Below are positions 12,701 through 29,600 of a stretch of 64,000 nucleotides of DNA, in pieces. This stretch comes from the human T2T-CHM13v2.0 reference genome, Homo sapiens. Every line of letters begins with the position of its first letter. The stretch's first letter is position 1. The notes beneath the pieces were generated by a model. The model worked only from the letters and a program-made list of their open reading frames with translations. It was not told the origin of the DNA and did no database searches. The DNA lies in NCBI RefSeq assembly GCF_009914755.1, contig NC_060937.1, one strand, 5' to 3'. A program made the position numbers and the translations under genes.

Positions 12701-15700
12701 CTGTACCTAAAATATGAAAGTACATCAAATATATATTTTATTCTGTACATAAAATATCAAAGTACACCAGATATATATTCTATAGTGTACATAAAATAAC
12801 AAAGTACAAAAACTATACATTATATACTGTACATAAAATATGAAATTACATCAAATATATTTTATATTAGGTACATAAAATATGAAAGTACATCAAATAT
12901 ATATTTTATTCTGTACATAAAATATCAAAGTACACCAGATATATATTCTATAGTGTACATAAAATATCAAAGTACCCAAACTATACATTATATACTGTAC
13001 ATAAAATATGAAATAACATCAAATATATTTTATATTAGGTACATAAAATATGAAAGCACGTCAAATATAGATTATATACTGTACATTAAATACCAAAGTA
13101 CTCCAAATATATATTTTATACTGTACATCAAATATAAAAGTTCACAAACTATATATTATATACTGTACATAAAATGTCAAAGTACCCAAGGTATATATTC
13201 TATACTGTACAAAAAATATCAAAGTACCCAAAGCATGTATTATATAGTGTACATAAAATATGAAAGTACATCAAATATATATTTTATTCTGTACATAAAA
13301 TATCAAAGTACACCAGATATATATTCTATAGTGTACATAAAATATCAAAGTACCCAAACTATACATTATATACTGTACATAAAATATGAGATTACATCAA
13401 ATATATATTATATTAGCTACATAAAATATGAAAGTACATCAGATATAGATTATATGCTGTACATAAAATATCAAAGTACCCCAAATATATATTATATACT
13501 CTACATGAAATATCAAAGTTCACAAACTATATATTATATACTGTACATAAAATATTAAAGTACCCAAGGTATATATTCTATACTGTACAAAAAATAACAA
13601 AGTACCAAAAGCATGTATAATATACTGTACATAAAATATGAAAGTACATCAAATATATATTTTATTCTGTACATAAAATATCAAAGTACACCAGATATAT
13701 ATTCTATAGTGTACATAAAATATCAAAGTACCCAAACTATACGTTATATACTGTAAATAAAATATGAAATTACATCAAATATATTTTATATTAGGTACAT
13801 AAAATATGAAAGTACATCAAATATATATTTTATACTGTACATAAAATATCAAAGTACACCAGATATATATTCTATAGTGTACATAAAATATCAAAGTACC
13901 CAAACTATACATTATATACTGTACATAAAATATGAAATTACATCAAATATATATTATATTAGGTACATAAAATATGAAAGCACATCAAATATAGATTATA
14001 TACTGTACATTAAATACCAAAGTACCCCAAATATATATTTTATACTGTACATCAAATATAAAAGTTCACAAACTATATATTATATACTGTACATAAAATA
14101 TCAAAGTACCCAAGATATATATTCTATACTGTACAAAAAATATCAAGGTACCCAAAGCATGTATTATATACTGTACATAAAATATGAAAGTACATCAAAT
14201 ATATATTTTATTCTGTACATAAAATATCAAAGTCCACCAGATATATATTCTATAGTGTACATAAAATATCAAAGTACCCAAACTATACATTATATACTGT
14301 ACATAAAATATGAGATTACATCAAATATATATTATATTAGCTACATAAAATATGAAAGTACATCAGATATAGATTATATACCGTACATAAAATATCAAAG
14401 TACCCCAAATATATATTATATACTCTACATGAAATATCAAAGTTCACAAACTATATATTATATACTGTACATAAAATATCAAAGTACCCAAGGTATATAT
14501 TCTATACTGTACAAAAAATATCAAAGTACCCAAAGCATGTATTATATACTGTATACAAAATATGAAAATACATTAAATATATATTTTATTCTGTACATAA
14601 AATATCAAAGTACACCAGATATGTATCCTATAGTGTACATAAAATAACAAAGTACACAAACTATAAATTATATACTGTACGTAAAATATGAAATTACATC
14701 AAATATATATTAGGTACATAAAATATGAAAGTACATCAAATATAGATTATATACTGTACATATATCAATGTACCCCAAATATATATTTTATACTCTACAT
14801 GAAATATCAAAGTTCACAAACCATACATTATATACTGTACATAAAATATCAAAGTACCCAAGGTATATATTCTATACTGTACGAAAAATATCAAAGTACC
14901 CAAAGCATGTATTATATACTGTACCTAAAATATGAAAATACATCAAATATATATTTTATTCTGTACATAAAATATCAAAGTACACCAGATATATATTCTA
15001 TATTGTACATAAAATATCAAAGTACCCAAACTATACATTATATACTGTACATAAAATATGAAATTATATCAAATATATATTATATTAGGTACATAAAATA
15101 TGAAAGTACCTGAAATATAGATTATATACTGTACATAAAATGTCAAGGTACCCCAAATATATATTATATACTCTACATGAAATATCAAAGTTCACAAACT
15201 ATATATTATATACTGTACATAAAATATCAAAGTACCCAAGGTATATATTCTATACTGTACAAAAAATAACAAAGTACCAAAAATCATGTATAATATACTG
15301 TACATAAAATATGAAAGTACATCAAATATATATTTTATTCTGTACATAAAATATCAAAGTACACCAGATATATATTCTATAGTGTACATAAAATATCAAA
15401 TTACCCAAACTATACATTATATACTGTAAATAAAATATGAAATTACATCAAATATATTTTATATTAGGTACATAAAATATGAAAGTACATCAAATATATA
15501 TTTTATTCTGTACATAAAATATCAAAGTACACCAGATATATATTCTATAGTGTACATAAAATATCAAAGTACCCAAACTATACATTATATACTGTACATA
15601 AAATATGAAATTACATCAAATATATATTAGGTACATAAAATATGAAAGTACATCAAATATAGATTATATACTGTACATAAAATATCAAAGTACCCCAAAT

Positions 15701-16600
15701 ATATATTTTATACTGTACATGAAATATCAAAGTTCACAAACTATATATTATATACTGTACATAAAATATCAAAGTACCCAAGGTATATATTCTATACTGT
15801 ACAAAAAATATCAAAGTACCCAAAGCATGTATTATATACTGTACATAAAATATGAAAGTACATCAAATATATATTTTATTCTGTACATAAAATATCAAGG
15901 TACACCAGATATATATTCTATAGTGTACATAAAATATCAAAGTACCCAAAGTATAAATTATATACTGTACATAAAATATGAAATTACATCAAATATATAT
16001 TAGGTACATAAAATATGAAAGTACATCAAATATAGATTATATACTTTACATTAAATACCAAAGTACCCCAAATATATATTTTATACTGTACATGAAATAT
16101 GAAAGTTCACAAACTATATATTATATACTGTACATATAATATCAAAGTACCCAAGGTATATATTCTATACTGTACAAAAAACATCAAAGTACCCAAAGCA
16201 TGCATTATATACTGTACATAAAATATGAAAGTACATCAAATATATATTTTATTCTGTACATAAAATATCAAAGTACACCAGATATATATTCTATAGTGTA
16301 CATAAAATAACAAAGTACAAAAACTATACATTATATACTGTACATAAAATATGAAATTACATCAAATATATTTTATATTAGGTACATAAAATATGAAAGT
16401 ACATCAAATATATATTTTATTCTGTACATAAAATATCAAAGTACACCAGATATATATTCTATAGTGTACATAAAATATCAAAGTACCCAAACTATACATT
16501 ATATACTGTACATAAAATATGAAATAACATCAAATATATTTTATATTAGGTACATAAAATATGAAAGTACATGAAATATAGATTATATACTGTACATAAA
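6750..16600 (+). repeat. Sub-array Y (copy 1), older ~4.8-5.0 kb period with small indels
   Basis: Internal offsets 5014 (7042->12056), 4845 (8108->12953) and 4803 (9074->13877, 9885->14688). The block recurs at +33839 and then +33461. Confidence 0.8.
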
Positions 16601-16619
16601 ATATCAAGGTACCCCAAAT

Positions 16620-19600
16620 ATATATTATATACTCTACATGAAATATCAAAGTTCACAAACTATATATTATATACTGTACATAAAATATCAAAGTACCCAA
16701 GGTATATATTCTATACTGTACAAAAAATATCAAAGTACCCAAAGCATGTATTATATACTGTATACAAAATATGAAAATACATTAAATATATATTTTATTC
16801 TGTACATAAAATATCAAAGTACACCAGATATGTATTCTATAGTGTACATAAAATAACAAAGTACACAAACTATAAATTATATACTGTACGTAAAATATGA
16901 AATTACATCAAATATATTTTAGGTACATAAAATATGAAAGTACATCAAATATAGATTATATACTGTACATATAATATCAATGTACCCCAAATATATATTT
17001 TATACTCTACATGAAATATCAAAGTTCACAAACCATACATTATATACTGTACATAAAATATCAAAGTACCCAAGGTATATATTCTATACTGTACAAAAAA
17101 TATCAAAGTACCCAAAGCATGTATTATATACTGTACATAAAATATGAAAGTACATCAAATATATATTTTATTCTGTACATAAAATATCAAAGTACACCAG
17201 ATATATATTCTATAGTGTACATAAAATATCAAAGTACCCAAAGTATACATTATATACTGTACATAAAATATGAAATTACGTCAAATATATTTTATATTAG
17301 GTACATAAAATATGAAAGTACATCAAATATAGATTATATACTGTACATTAAATACCAAAGTTCCCCAAATATATATTTTATACTGTACATGAAATATCAA
17401 AGTTCACAAACTATATATTATATACTGTACATATAATATCAAAGTACCCAAGGTATATATTCTATACTGTACAAAAAATAACAAAGTACCAAAAGCATGT
17501 GCAATATACTGTACATAAAATATGAAAGTACATCAAATATATATTTTATTCTGTACATAAAATATCAAAGTACACAAGATATATATTCTATAGTGTACAT
17601 AAAATATCAAAGTACCCAAACTATACATTATATACTGTAAATAAAATATGAAATTACATCAAATATATTTTATATTAGGTACATAAAATATGAAAGTACA
17701 TCAAATATATATTTTATTCTGTACATAAAATATCAAAGTACACCAGATATATATTCTATAGTGTACATAAAATATCAAAGTACCCAAACTATACATTATA
17801 TACTGTACATAAAATATGAAATTATATCAAATATATTTTATATTAGGTACATAAAATATGAAAGTACATCAAATATAGATTATATACTGTACATTATATA
17901 CCAAAGTACCCCAAATATATATTTTATACTGTACATGAAATATCAAAGTTCACAAACTATATATTATATACTGTACATATAATATCAAAGAATCCAAGGT
18001 ATATATTCTATACTGTACAAAAAATAACAAAGTACCAAAAGCATGTATTATATACTGTACCTAAAATATGAAATTACATCAAATATATATTTTATTCTGT
18101 ACATAAAATATCAAAGTACACCAGATATATATTCTATAGTGTACATAAAATATCAAAGTACCCAAACTATACATTATATACTGTACATAAAATATGAAAT
18201 TACATCAAATATATTTTATATTAGGTACATAAAATATGAAAGTACATGAAATATAGATTATATACTGTACATAAAATATCAAGGTACCCCAAATATATAT
18301 TATATACTCTACATGAAATATCAAAGTTCACAAACTATATATTATATACTGTACATAAAATATCAAAGTACCCAAGGTATATATTCTATACTGTACAAAA
18401 AATAACAAAGTACCAAAAGCATGTATAATATACTGTACCTAAAATATGAAAGTACATCAAATATATATTTTATTCTGTACATAAAATATCAAAGTACACC
18501 AGATATATATTCTATAGTGTACATAAAATATCAAAGTACCCAAACTATACATTATATACTGTACATAAAATATGAAATTACATCAAATATATTTTATATT
18601 AGGTACATAAAATATGAAAGTACATGAAATATAGATTATATACTGTACATAAAATATCAAGGTACCCCAAATATATATTATATACTCTACATGAAATATC
18701 AAAGTTCACAAACTATATATTATATACTGTACATAAAATATCAAAGTACCCAAGGTATATATTCTATACTGTACAAAAAATAACAAAGTACCAAAAGCAT
18801 GTATAATATACTGTACATAAAATATGAAAGTACATCAAATATATATTTTATTCTGTACATAAAATATCAAAGTACACCAGATATATATTCTATAGTGTAC
18901 ATAAAATATCAAAATACCCAAACTATACATTATATACTGTACATAAAATATGAAATTACATCAAATATATATTATATTAGGTACATAAAATATGAAAGTA
19001 CATGAAATATAGATTATATACTGTACATAAAATATCAAGGTACCCCAAATATATATTATATACTCTACATGAAATATCAAAGTTCACAAACTATATATTA
19101 TATACTGTACATAAAATATCAAAGTACCCAAGGTATATATTCTATACTGTACAAAAAATAACAAAGTACCAAAAGCATGTATAATATACTGTATATAAAA
19201 TATGAAAGTACATCAAATATATATTTTATTCTGTACATAAAATATCAAAGTACACCAGATATATATTCTATAGTGTACATAAAATATCAAAGTACCCAAA
19301 CTATACATTATATACTGTAAATAAAATATGAAATTACATCAAATATATTTTATATTAGGTACATAAAATATGAAAGTACATCAAATATATATTTTATTCT
19401 GTACATAAAATATCAAAGTACACCGGATATATATTCTATAGTGTACATAAAATATCAAAGTACCCAAACTATACATTATATACTGTACATAAAATATGAG
19501 ATTACATCAAATATATATTATATTAGCTACATAAAATATGAAAGTACATCAGATATAGATTATATACTGTACATAAAATATCAAAGTACCCCAAATATAT

Positions 19601-22600
19601 ATTATACACTCTACATGAAATATCAAAGTTCACAAACTATATATTATATACTGTACATAAAATATCAAAGTACCCAAGGTATATATTCTATACTGTACAA
19701 AAAATATCAAAGTACCCAAAGCATGTATTATATACTGTATACAAAATATGAAAATACATTAAATATATATTTTATTCTGTACATAAAATATCAAAGTACA
19801 CCAGATATGTATTCTATAGTGTACATAAAATAACAAAGTACACAAACTATAAATTATATACTGTACGTAAAATATGAAATTACATCAAATATATATTAGG
19901 TACATAAAATATGAAAGTACATCAAATATAGATTATATACTGTACATATAATATCAATGTACCCCAAATATATATTTTATACTCTACATGAAATATCAAA
20001 GTTCACAAACCATACATTATATACTGTACATAAAATATCAAAGTACCCAAGGTATATATTCTATACTGTACAAAAAATAACAAAGTACCAAAAGCATGTA
20101 TAATATACTGTACATAAAATATGAAAGTACATCAAATATATATTTTATTCTGTACATAAAATATCAAAGTACACCAGATATATATTCTATAGTGTACATA
20201 AAATATCAAAGTACCCAAACTATACATTATATACTGTACATAAAATATGAAATTACATCAAATATATTTTATATTAGGTACATAAAATATGAAAGTACAT
20301 CAAATATAGATTATATACTGTACATTAAATACCAAAGTTCCCCAAATATATATTTTATACTGTACATGAAATATCAAAGTTCACAAACTATATATTATAT
20401 ACTGTACATATAATATCAAAGTACCCAAGGTATATATTCTATACTGTACAAAAAATAACAAAGTACCAAAAGCATGTGCAATATACTGTACATAAAATAT
20501 GAAAGTACATCAAATATATATTTTATTCTGTACATAAAATATCAAAGTACACAAGATATATATTCTATAGTGTACATAAAATATCAAAGTACCCAAACTA
20601 TACATTATATACTGTAAATAAAATATGAAATTACATCAAATATATTTTATATTAGGTACATAAAATATGAAAGTACATCAAATATATATTTTATTCTGTA
20701 CATAAAATATCAAAGTACACCAGATATATATTCTATAGTGTACATAAAATATCAAAGTACCCAAACTATACATTATATACTGTACATAAAATATGAAATT
20801 ATATCAAATATATTTTATATTAGGTACATAAAATATGAAAGTACATCAAATATAGATTATATACTGTACATTATATACCAAAGTACCCCAAATATATATT
20901 TTATACTGTACATGAAATATCAAAGTTCACAAACTATATATTATATACTGTACATATAATATCAAAGAATCCAAGGTATATATTCTATACTGTACAAAAA
21001 ATAACAAAGTACCAAAAGCATGTATTATATACTGTACCTAAAATATGAAATTACATCAAATATATATTTTATTCTGTACATAAAAGATCAAAGTACACCA
21101 GATATATATTCTATAGTGTACATAAAATATCAAAGTACCCAAACTATACATTATATACTGTACATAAAATATGAAATTACATCAAATATATTTTATATTA
21201 GGTACATAAAATATGAAAGTACATGAAATATAGATTATATACTGTACATAAAATATCAAGGTACCCCAAATATATATTATATACTCTACATGAAATATCA
21301 AAGTTCACAAACTATATATTATATACTGTACATAAAATATCAAAGTACCCAAGGTATATATTCTATACTGTACAAAAAATAACAAAGTACCAAAAGCATG
21401 TATAATATACTGTACCTAAAATATGAAAGTACATCAAATATATATTTTATTCTGTACATAAAATATCAAAGTACACCAGATATATATTCTATAGTGTACA
21501 TAAAATATCAAAGTACCCAAACTATACATTATATACTGTACATAAAATATGAAATTACATCAAATATATTTTATATTAGGTACATAAAATATGAAAGTAC
21601 ATGAAATATAGATTATATACTGTACATAAAATATCAAGGTACCCCAAATATATATTATATACTCTACATGAAATATCAAAGTTCACAAACTATATATTAT
21701 ATACTGTACATAAAATATCAAAGTACCCAAGGTATATATTCTATACTGTACAAAAAATAACAAAGTACCAAAAGCATGTATAATATACTGTACATAAAAT
21801 ATGAAAGTACATCAAATATATATTTTATTCTGTACATAAAATATCAAAGTACACCAGATATATATTCTATAGTGTACATAAAATATCAAAATACCCAAAC
21901 TATACATTATATACTGTACATAAAATATGAAATTACATCAAATATATATTATATTAGGTACATAAAATATGAAAGTACATGAAATATAGATTATATACTG
22001 TACATAAAATATCAAGGTACCCCAAATATATATTATATACTCTACATGAAATATCAAAGTTCACAAACTATATATTATATACTGTACATAAAATATCAAA
22101 GTACCCAAGGTATATATTCTATACTGTACAAAAAATAACAAAGTACCAAAAGCATGTATAATATACTGTATATAAAATATGAAAGTACATCAAATATATA
22201 TTTTATTCTGTACATAAAATATCAAAGTACACCAGATATATATTCTATAGTGTACATAAAATATCAAAGTACCCAAACTATACATTATATACTGTAAATA
22301 AAATATGAAATTACATCAAATATATTTTATATTAGGTACATAAAATATGAAAGTACATCAAATATATATTTTATTCTGTACATAAAATATCAAAGTACAC
22401 CGGATATATATTCTATAGTGTACATAAAATATCAAAGTACCCAAACTATACATTATATACTGTACATAAAATATGAGATTACATCAAATATATATTATAT
22501 TAGCTACATAAAATATGAAAGTACATCAGATATAGATTATATACTGTACATAAAATATCAAAGTACCCCAAATATATATTATACACTCTACATGAAATAT

Positions 22601-23660
22601 CAAAGTTCACAAACTATATATTATATACTGTACATAAAATATCAAAGTACCCAAGGTATATATTCTATACTGTACAAAAAATATCAAAGTACCCAAAGCA
22701 TGTATTATATACTGTATACAAAATATGAAAATACATTAAATATATATTTTATTCTGTACATAAAATATCAAAGTACACCAGATATGTATTCTATAGTGTA
22801 CATAAAATAACAAAGTACACAAACTATAAATTATATACTGTACGTAAAATATGAAATTACATCAAATATATATTAGGTACATAAAATATGAAAGTACATC
22901 AAATATAGATTATATACTGTACATATAATATCAATGTACCCCAAATATATATTTTATACTCTACATGAAATATCAAAGTTCACAAACCATACATTATATA
23001 CTGTACATAAAATATCAAAGTACCCAAGGTATATATTCTATACTGTACAAAAAATAACAAAGTACCAAAAGCATGTATAATATACTGTACATAAAATATG
23101 AAAGTACATCAAATATATATTTTATTCTGTACATAAAATATCAAAGTACACCAGATATATATTCTATAGTGTACATAAAATATCAAAGTACCCAAACTAT
23201 ACATTATATACTGTACATAAAATATGAAATTACATCAAATATATTTTATATTAGGTACATAAAATATGAAAGTACATCAAATATAGATTATATACTGTAC
23301 ATTAAATACCAAAGTTCCCCAAATATATATTTTATACTGTACATGAAATATCAAAGTTCACAAACTATATATTATATACTGTACATATAATATCAAAGTA
23401 CCCAAGGTATATATTCTATACTGTACAAAAAATAACAAAGTACCAAAAGCATGTGCAATATACTGTACATAAAATATGAAAGTACATCAAATATATATTT
23501 TATTCTGTACATAAAATATCAAAGTACACAAGATATATATTCTATAGTGTACATAAAATATCAAAGTACCCAAACTATACATTATATACTGTAAATAAAA
23601 TATGAAATTACATCAAATATATTTTATATTAGGTACATAAAATATGAAAGTACATCAAAT
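16620..23660 (+). repeat. Sub-array Z (copy 1): ~2.4 tandem copies of a 2977-bp 71-mer
   Basis: 17761->20738, 18043->21020, 19441->22418 and 20096->23073 are all 2977 apart (71x42-5). CCGG marker at 19423 and 22400. Confidence 0.9.
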
Positions 23661-23699
23661 ATATATTTTATACTGTACATAAAATATCAAAGTACACCA

Positions 23700-26600
23700 G
23701 ATATATATTCTATAGTGTACATAAAATATCAAAGTACCCAAACTATACATTATATACTGTACATAAAATATGAAATTACATCAAATATATATTATATTAG
23801 GTACATAAAATATGAAAGTACATCAAATATAGATTATATACTGTACATTAAATACCAAAGTACCGCAAATATATATTTTATACTGTACATGAAATATCAA
23901 AGTTCACAAACTATATATTATATACTGTACATAAAATATCAAAGTACCCTAGTTATATATTCTATACTGTACCAAAAATATCAAAGTACCCAAAGCACGT
24001 ATGATATACTGTACATAAAATATGAAAGTACATCAAATATATATTTTATTCTGTACATAAAATATCAAAGTACACCAGATATATATTCTATAGTGTACAT
24101 AAAATATCAAAGTACCCAAACTATACATTATATACTGTACATAAAATATGAAATTACATCAAATCTATATTAGGTACATAAAATATGAAAGTACATCAAA
24201 TATAGATTATATACTGTACATAAAATATCAAAGTACCCCAAATATATATTATATACTCTACATGAAATATCAAAGTTCACAAACTATATATTATATACTG
24301 TACATAAAATATCAAAGTACCCAAGGTATATATTCTATACTGTACAAAAAATATCAAAGTACCCAAAGCATGTATTATATACTGTATATAAAATATGAAA
24401 GTACTTTAAATATATATTTTATTCTGTACATAAAATATCAAAGTACACCAGATATATATTCTAGAGTGTACATAAAATTACAAAGTATACAAAGTATAAA
24501 TTATATACTGTACATAAAATATGAAATTACATCAAATATATATTAGGTACATAAAATATGAAAGTACATCAAATATAGATTATATACTGTACATATAATA
24601 TCAATGTACCCCAAATATATATTTTATACTCTACATGAAATATCAAAGTTCACAAACCATACATTATATACTGTACAAAAAATATCAAAGTACCCAATAT
24701 ATATATTCTATACTGTACAAAACATATCAAAGTACCCAAAGCATGTATTATATACTGTACATAAAATATGAAAGTACATCAAATATATATTTTATTCTGT
24801 ACATAAAATATCAAAGTACACCAGATATATATACTATAGTGTACATAAAATATCATAGTACCCAAACTATACATTATATACTGTACATAAAATATGAAAT
24901 TACATCAAATATATATTATATTAGGTACATAAAATATGAAAGTACATCAAATATAGATTATATACTGTACATAAAATATCAAAGTACCCCAAATATATAT
25001 TATATACTCTACATGAAATATCAAAGTTCACAAACTATATATTATATACTGTACATAAAATATGAAATTACATCAAATATATTTTATATTAGGTACATAA
25101 AATATGAAAGTACATCAAATATAGATTATATACTTTACATTAAATACCAAAGTACCCCAAATATATATTTTATACTGTACAGGAAATATCAAAGTTCACA
25201 AACTATATATTATATACTGTACATATAATATCAAAGTACCCAAGGTATATATTCTATACTGTACAAAAAATAACAAAGTACCAAAAGCATGTATTATATA
25301 GTGTACCTAAAATATGAAAGTACATCAAATATATATTTTATTCTGTACATAAAATATCAAAGCACACCAGATATATATTCTATAGTGTACATAAAATATC
25401 AAAGTACCCAAACTATACATTATATACTGTACATAAAATATGAAATTACATCAAATATATATTATATTAAGTACATAAAATAGGAAAGTACATCAAATAT
25501 AGATTATATACTGTACATTAAATACCAAAGTACCCCAAATATATATTTTATACTGTACATGAAATATCAAAGTTCACAAACTATATATTATATACTGTAC
25601 ATATAATATCAAAGTACCCAAAGTATATATTCTATACTGTACAAAAAATATCAAAGTACCAAAAGCATGTATTATATACTGTACATAAAATATGAAAGTA
25701 CATCAAATATATATTTTATTCCGTACATAAAATATCAAAGTACACCAGATATTTATTCTATAGTGTACATAAAATATCAAAGTACCCAAACTATACATTA
25801 TATACTGTACATAAAATATGAAATTACATCAAATATATTTTATATTAGGTACATAAAATATGAAAGTACATCAAATATAGATTATATACTGTACATTAAA
25901 TACCAAAGTACCCCAAATATATATTTTATACTGTACATGAAATATCAAAGTTCACAAACTATATATTATATACTGTACATAAAATATCAAAGCACCCAAG
26001 GTATATATTCTATACTGTACAAAAAATATCAAAGTACCCAAAGCATGTATTATATGCTGTACATTAAATATGAAAGTACATCAAATATATATTTTATTCT
26101 GTACATAATATATCAAAGTACACCAGATATATATTCTATAGTGTACATAAAATATCAAAGTACCCAAACTATACATTATATACTGTACATAAAATATGAG
26201 ATTACATCAAATATATATTATGTTAGGTACATAAAATATGAAAGTACATCAAATATAGATTATATACTGTAGATAAAATATCAAAGTACCCCAAATATAT
26301 ATTATATACTCTACATGAAATATCAAAGTTCACAAACTATATATTATATACTGTACATAAAATATCAAAGTACCCAAGGTATATATTCTATACTGTACAA
26401 AAAATATCAAAGTACCCAAAGCATGTATTATATACTGTATATAAAATATGAAAGTACATCAAATATATATTTTATTCTGTACATAAAATATCAAAGTACA
26501 CCAGATATATATTCTATAGTGTACATAAAATAACAAAGTACACAAACTATAAATTATATACTGTACATAAAATATGAAATTACATCAAATATATATTAGG

Positions 26601-29600
26601 TACATAAAATATGAAAGTACATCAAATATAGATCATATACTGTACATAAAATATCAAAGTACCCCAAATATATATTATATACTCTACATGAAATATCAAA
26701 GTTCACAAACTATATATTATATACTGTACATAAAATATCAAAGTACCCAAGGTATATATTCTATACTGTACAAAAAATATCAAAGTACCCAAAGCATGTA
26801 TTATATACTGTACATAAAATTTGAAAGTACATCAAATATATATTTTATTCTGTACATAAAATATAGAAGTACACCAGATATATATTCTATAGTGTACATA
26901 AAATAACAAAGTACACAAACTATACATTATATACTGTACATAAAATATGAAATTACATCAAATATATATTAGGTACATAAAATATGAAAGTACATCAAAT
27001 ATAGATTATATACTGTACATAAAATATCAAAGTACCCCAAATATATATTATATACTCTACATGAAATATCAAAGTTCACAAACTATATATTATATACTGT
27101 ACATAAAATATCAAAGTTCCCAAGGTATATATTCTATACTGTAGAAAAAATATCAAAGTACCCAAAGCATGTATTATATACTGTATATAAAATATGAAAG
27201 TACATCAAATATATATTTTATTCTGTACATAAAATATCAAAGTACACCAGATATATATTCTATAGTGTACATAAAATAACAAAGTACACAAAGTATAAAT
27301 TATATACTGTACATAAAATATGAAATTACATCAAATATATATTAGGTACATAAAATATGAAAGTACATCAAATATAGATTATATACTGTACATATAATAT
27401 CAATGTACCCGAAATATATATTTTATACTCTACATGAAATATCAAAGTTCACAAACCATATATGATGTACTGTACATAAAATATCAAAGTACCCAAGGTA
27501 TATATTCTATACTGTACAAAAAATATCAAAGTACCCAAAGCATGTATTATATACTGTACATAAAATATGAAATTACATCAAATATATATTTTATTCTGTA
27601 CATAAAATATCAAAGTACACCAGATATATATTCTATAGTGTACATAAAATATCAAAGTACCCAAACTATACATTATATACTGTACATAAAATATGAAATT
27701 ACATCAAATATATATTATATTAGGTACATAAAATATGAAAGTACATCAAATATAGATTATATACTGTACATTAAATACCAAAGTACCCCAAATATATATT
27801 TTATACTGTACATGAAATATCAAAGTTCACACACTATATATTATATACTGTACATAAAATATCAAAGTACCCAACTTATATATTCTATACTGTACAAAAA
27901 ACATCAAAGTACCCAAAGCATGTATTATATACTGTACATAAAATATGAAAGTACATCAAATATATATTTTATTCTGTACATAATATATCAAAGTACACCA
28001 GATATATATTCTATAGTGTACATAAAATAACAAAGTACAAAAACTATAAATTCTATACTGTACATAAAATATGAAATTACATCAAATACATATTAGGTAC
28101 ATAAAATATGAAAGTACATCAAATATAGATTATATACTGTACACAAAATATCAAAGTACCCCAAATATATATTATATACTCTACATGAAATATCAAAGTT
28201 CACAAACTATATATTATATACTGTACATAAAATATCAAAGTACCCAAGGTATATATTCTATACTGTACAAAAAATATCAAAGTACCCAAAGCATGTATTA
28301 TATACTGTACCTAAAATATGAAAGTACATCAAATATATATTTTATTCTGTACATAAAATATCAAAGTACACCAGATATATATTCTATAGTGTACATAAAA
28401 TATCAAAGTACCCAAACTATACATTATATACTGTACATAAAATATGAAATTACATCAAATATATATTATATTAGGTACATAAAATATGAAAGTACATCAA
28501 ATATAGATTATATACTGTACATAAAATATCAAAGTACCCCAAATATATATTATATACTCTACATGAAATATCAAAGTTCACAAGCTATATATTATATACT
28601 GTACATAAAATATCAAAGTACCCAAGGTATATATTCTATACTGCACAAAAAATATCAAAGTACCCAAAGCATGTATTATATACTGTACATAAAATATGAA
28701 AGTACATCGAATATATATTTTATTCTGTACATAAAATATCAAAGTACACAAGATATATATTCTATAGTGTTCATAAAATATCAAAGTACCCAAACTATAC
28801 ATTATATTCTGTACATAAAATATGAAATTACATCAAATATATATTAGGTACATAAAATATGAAAGTACATCAAATATAGATTATATACTGTACATAAAAT
28901 ATCAAAGTACCCCAAATATATATTATATACTCTACATGAAATATCAAAGTTCACAAACTATATATTATATACTGTACATAAAATATGAACTTACATCAAA
29001 TATATTTTATATTAGGTACATAAAATATGAAACTACATCAAATGTAGATTATATACTTTACATTAAATACCAAAGTACCCCAAATATATATTTTATACTG
29101 TACATGAAATATCAAAGTTCACAAACTATATATTATATACTGTACATATAATATCAAAGTACCCAAGGTATATATTCTATACTGTACAAAAAATAACAAA
29201 GTACCAAAAGCATGTATTATATACTGTACCTAAAATATGAAAGTACATCAAATATATATTTTATTCTGTACATAAAATATCAAAGTACACCTGTTATATA
29301 TTCTATAGTGTACATAAAATATCAAAGTACCCAAACTATACATTACATACTGTACATAAAATATGAAATTACATCAAATATATATTATATTAGGTACATA
29401 AAATATGAAAGTACATCAAATATAGATTATATACTGCACATAAAATATCAAAGTACCCCAAATATATATTATATACTCTACATGAAATATCAAAGTTCAC
29501 AAGCTATATATTATATACTGTACATAAAATATCAAAGTACCCAAGGTATATATTCTATACTGCACAAAATATATCAAAGTACCCAAAGCATGTATTATAT

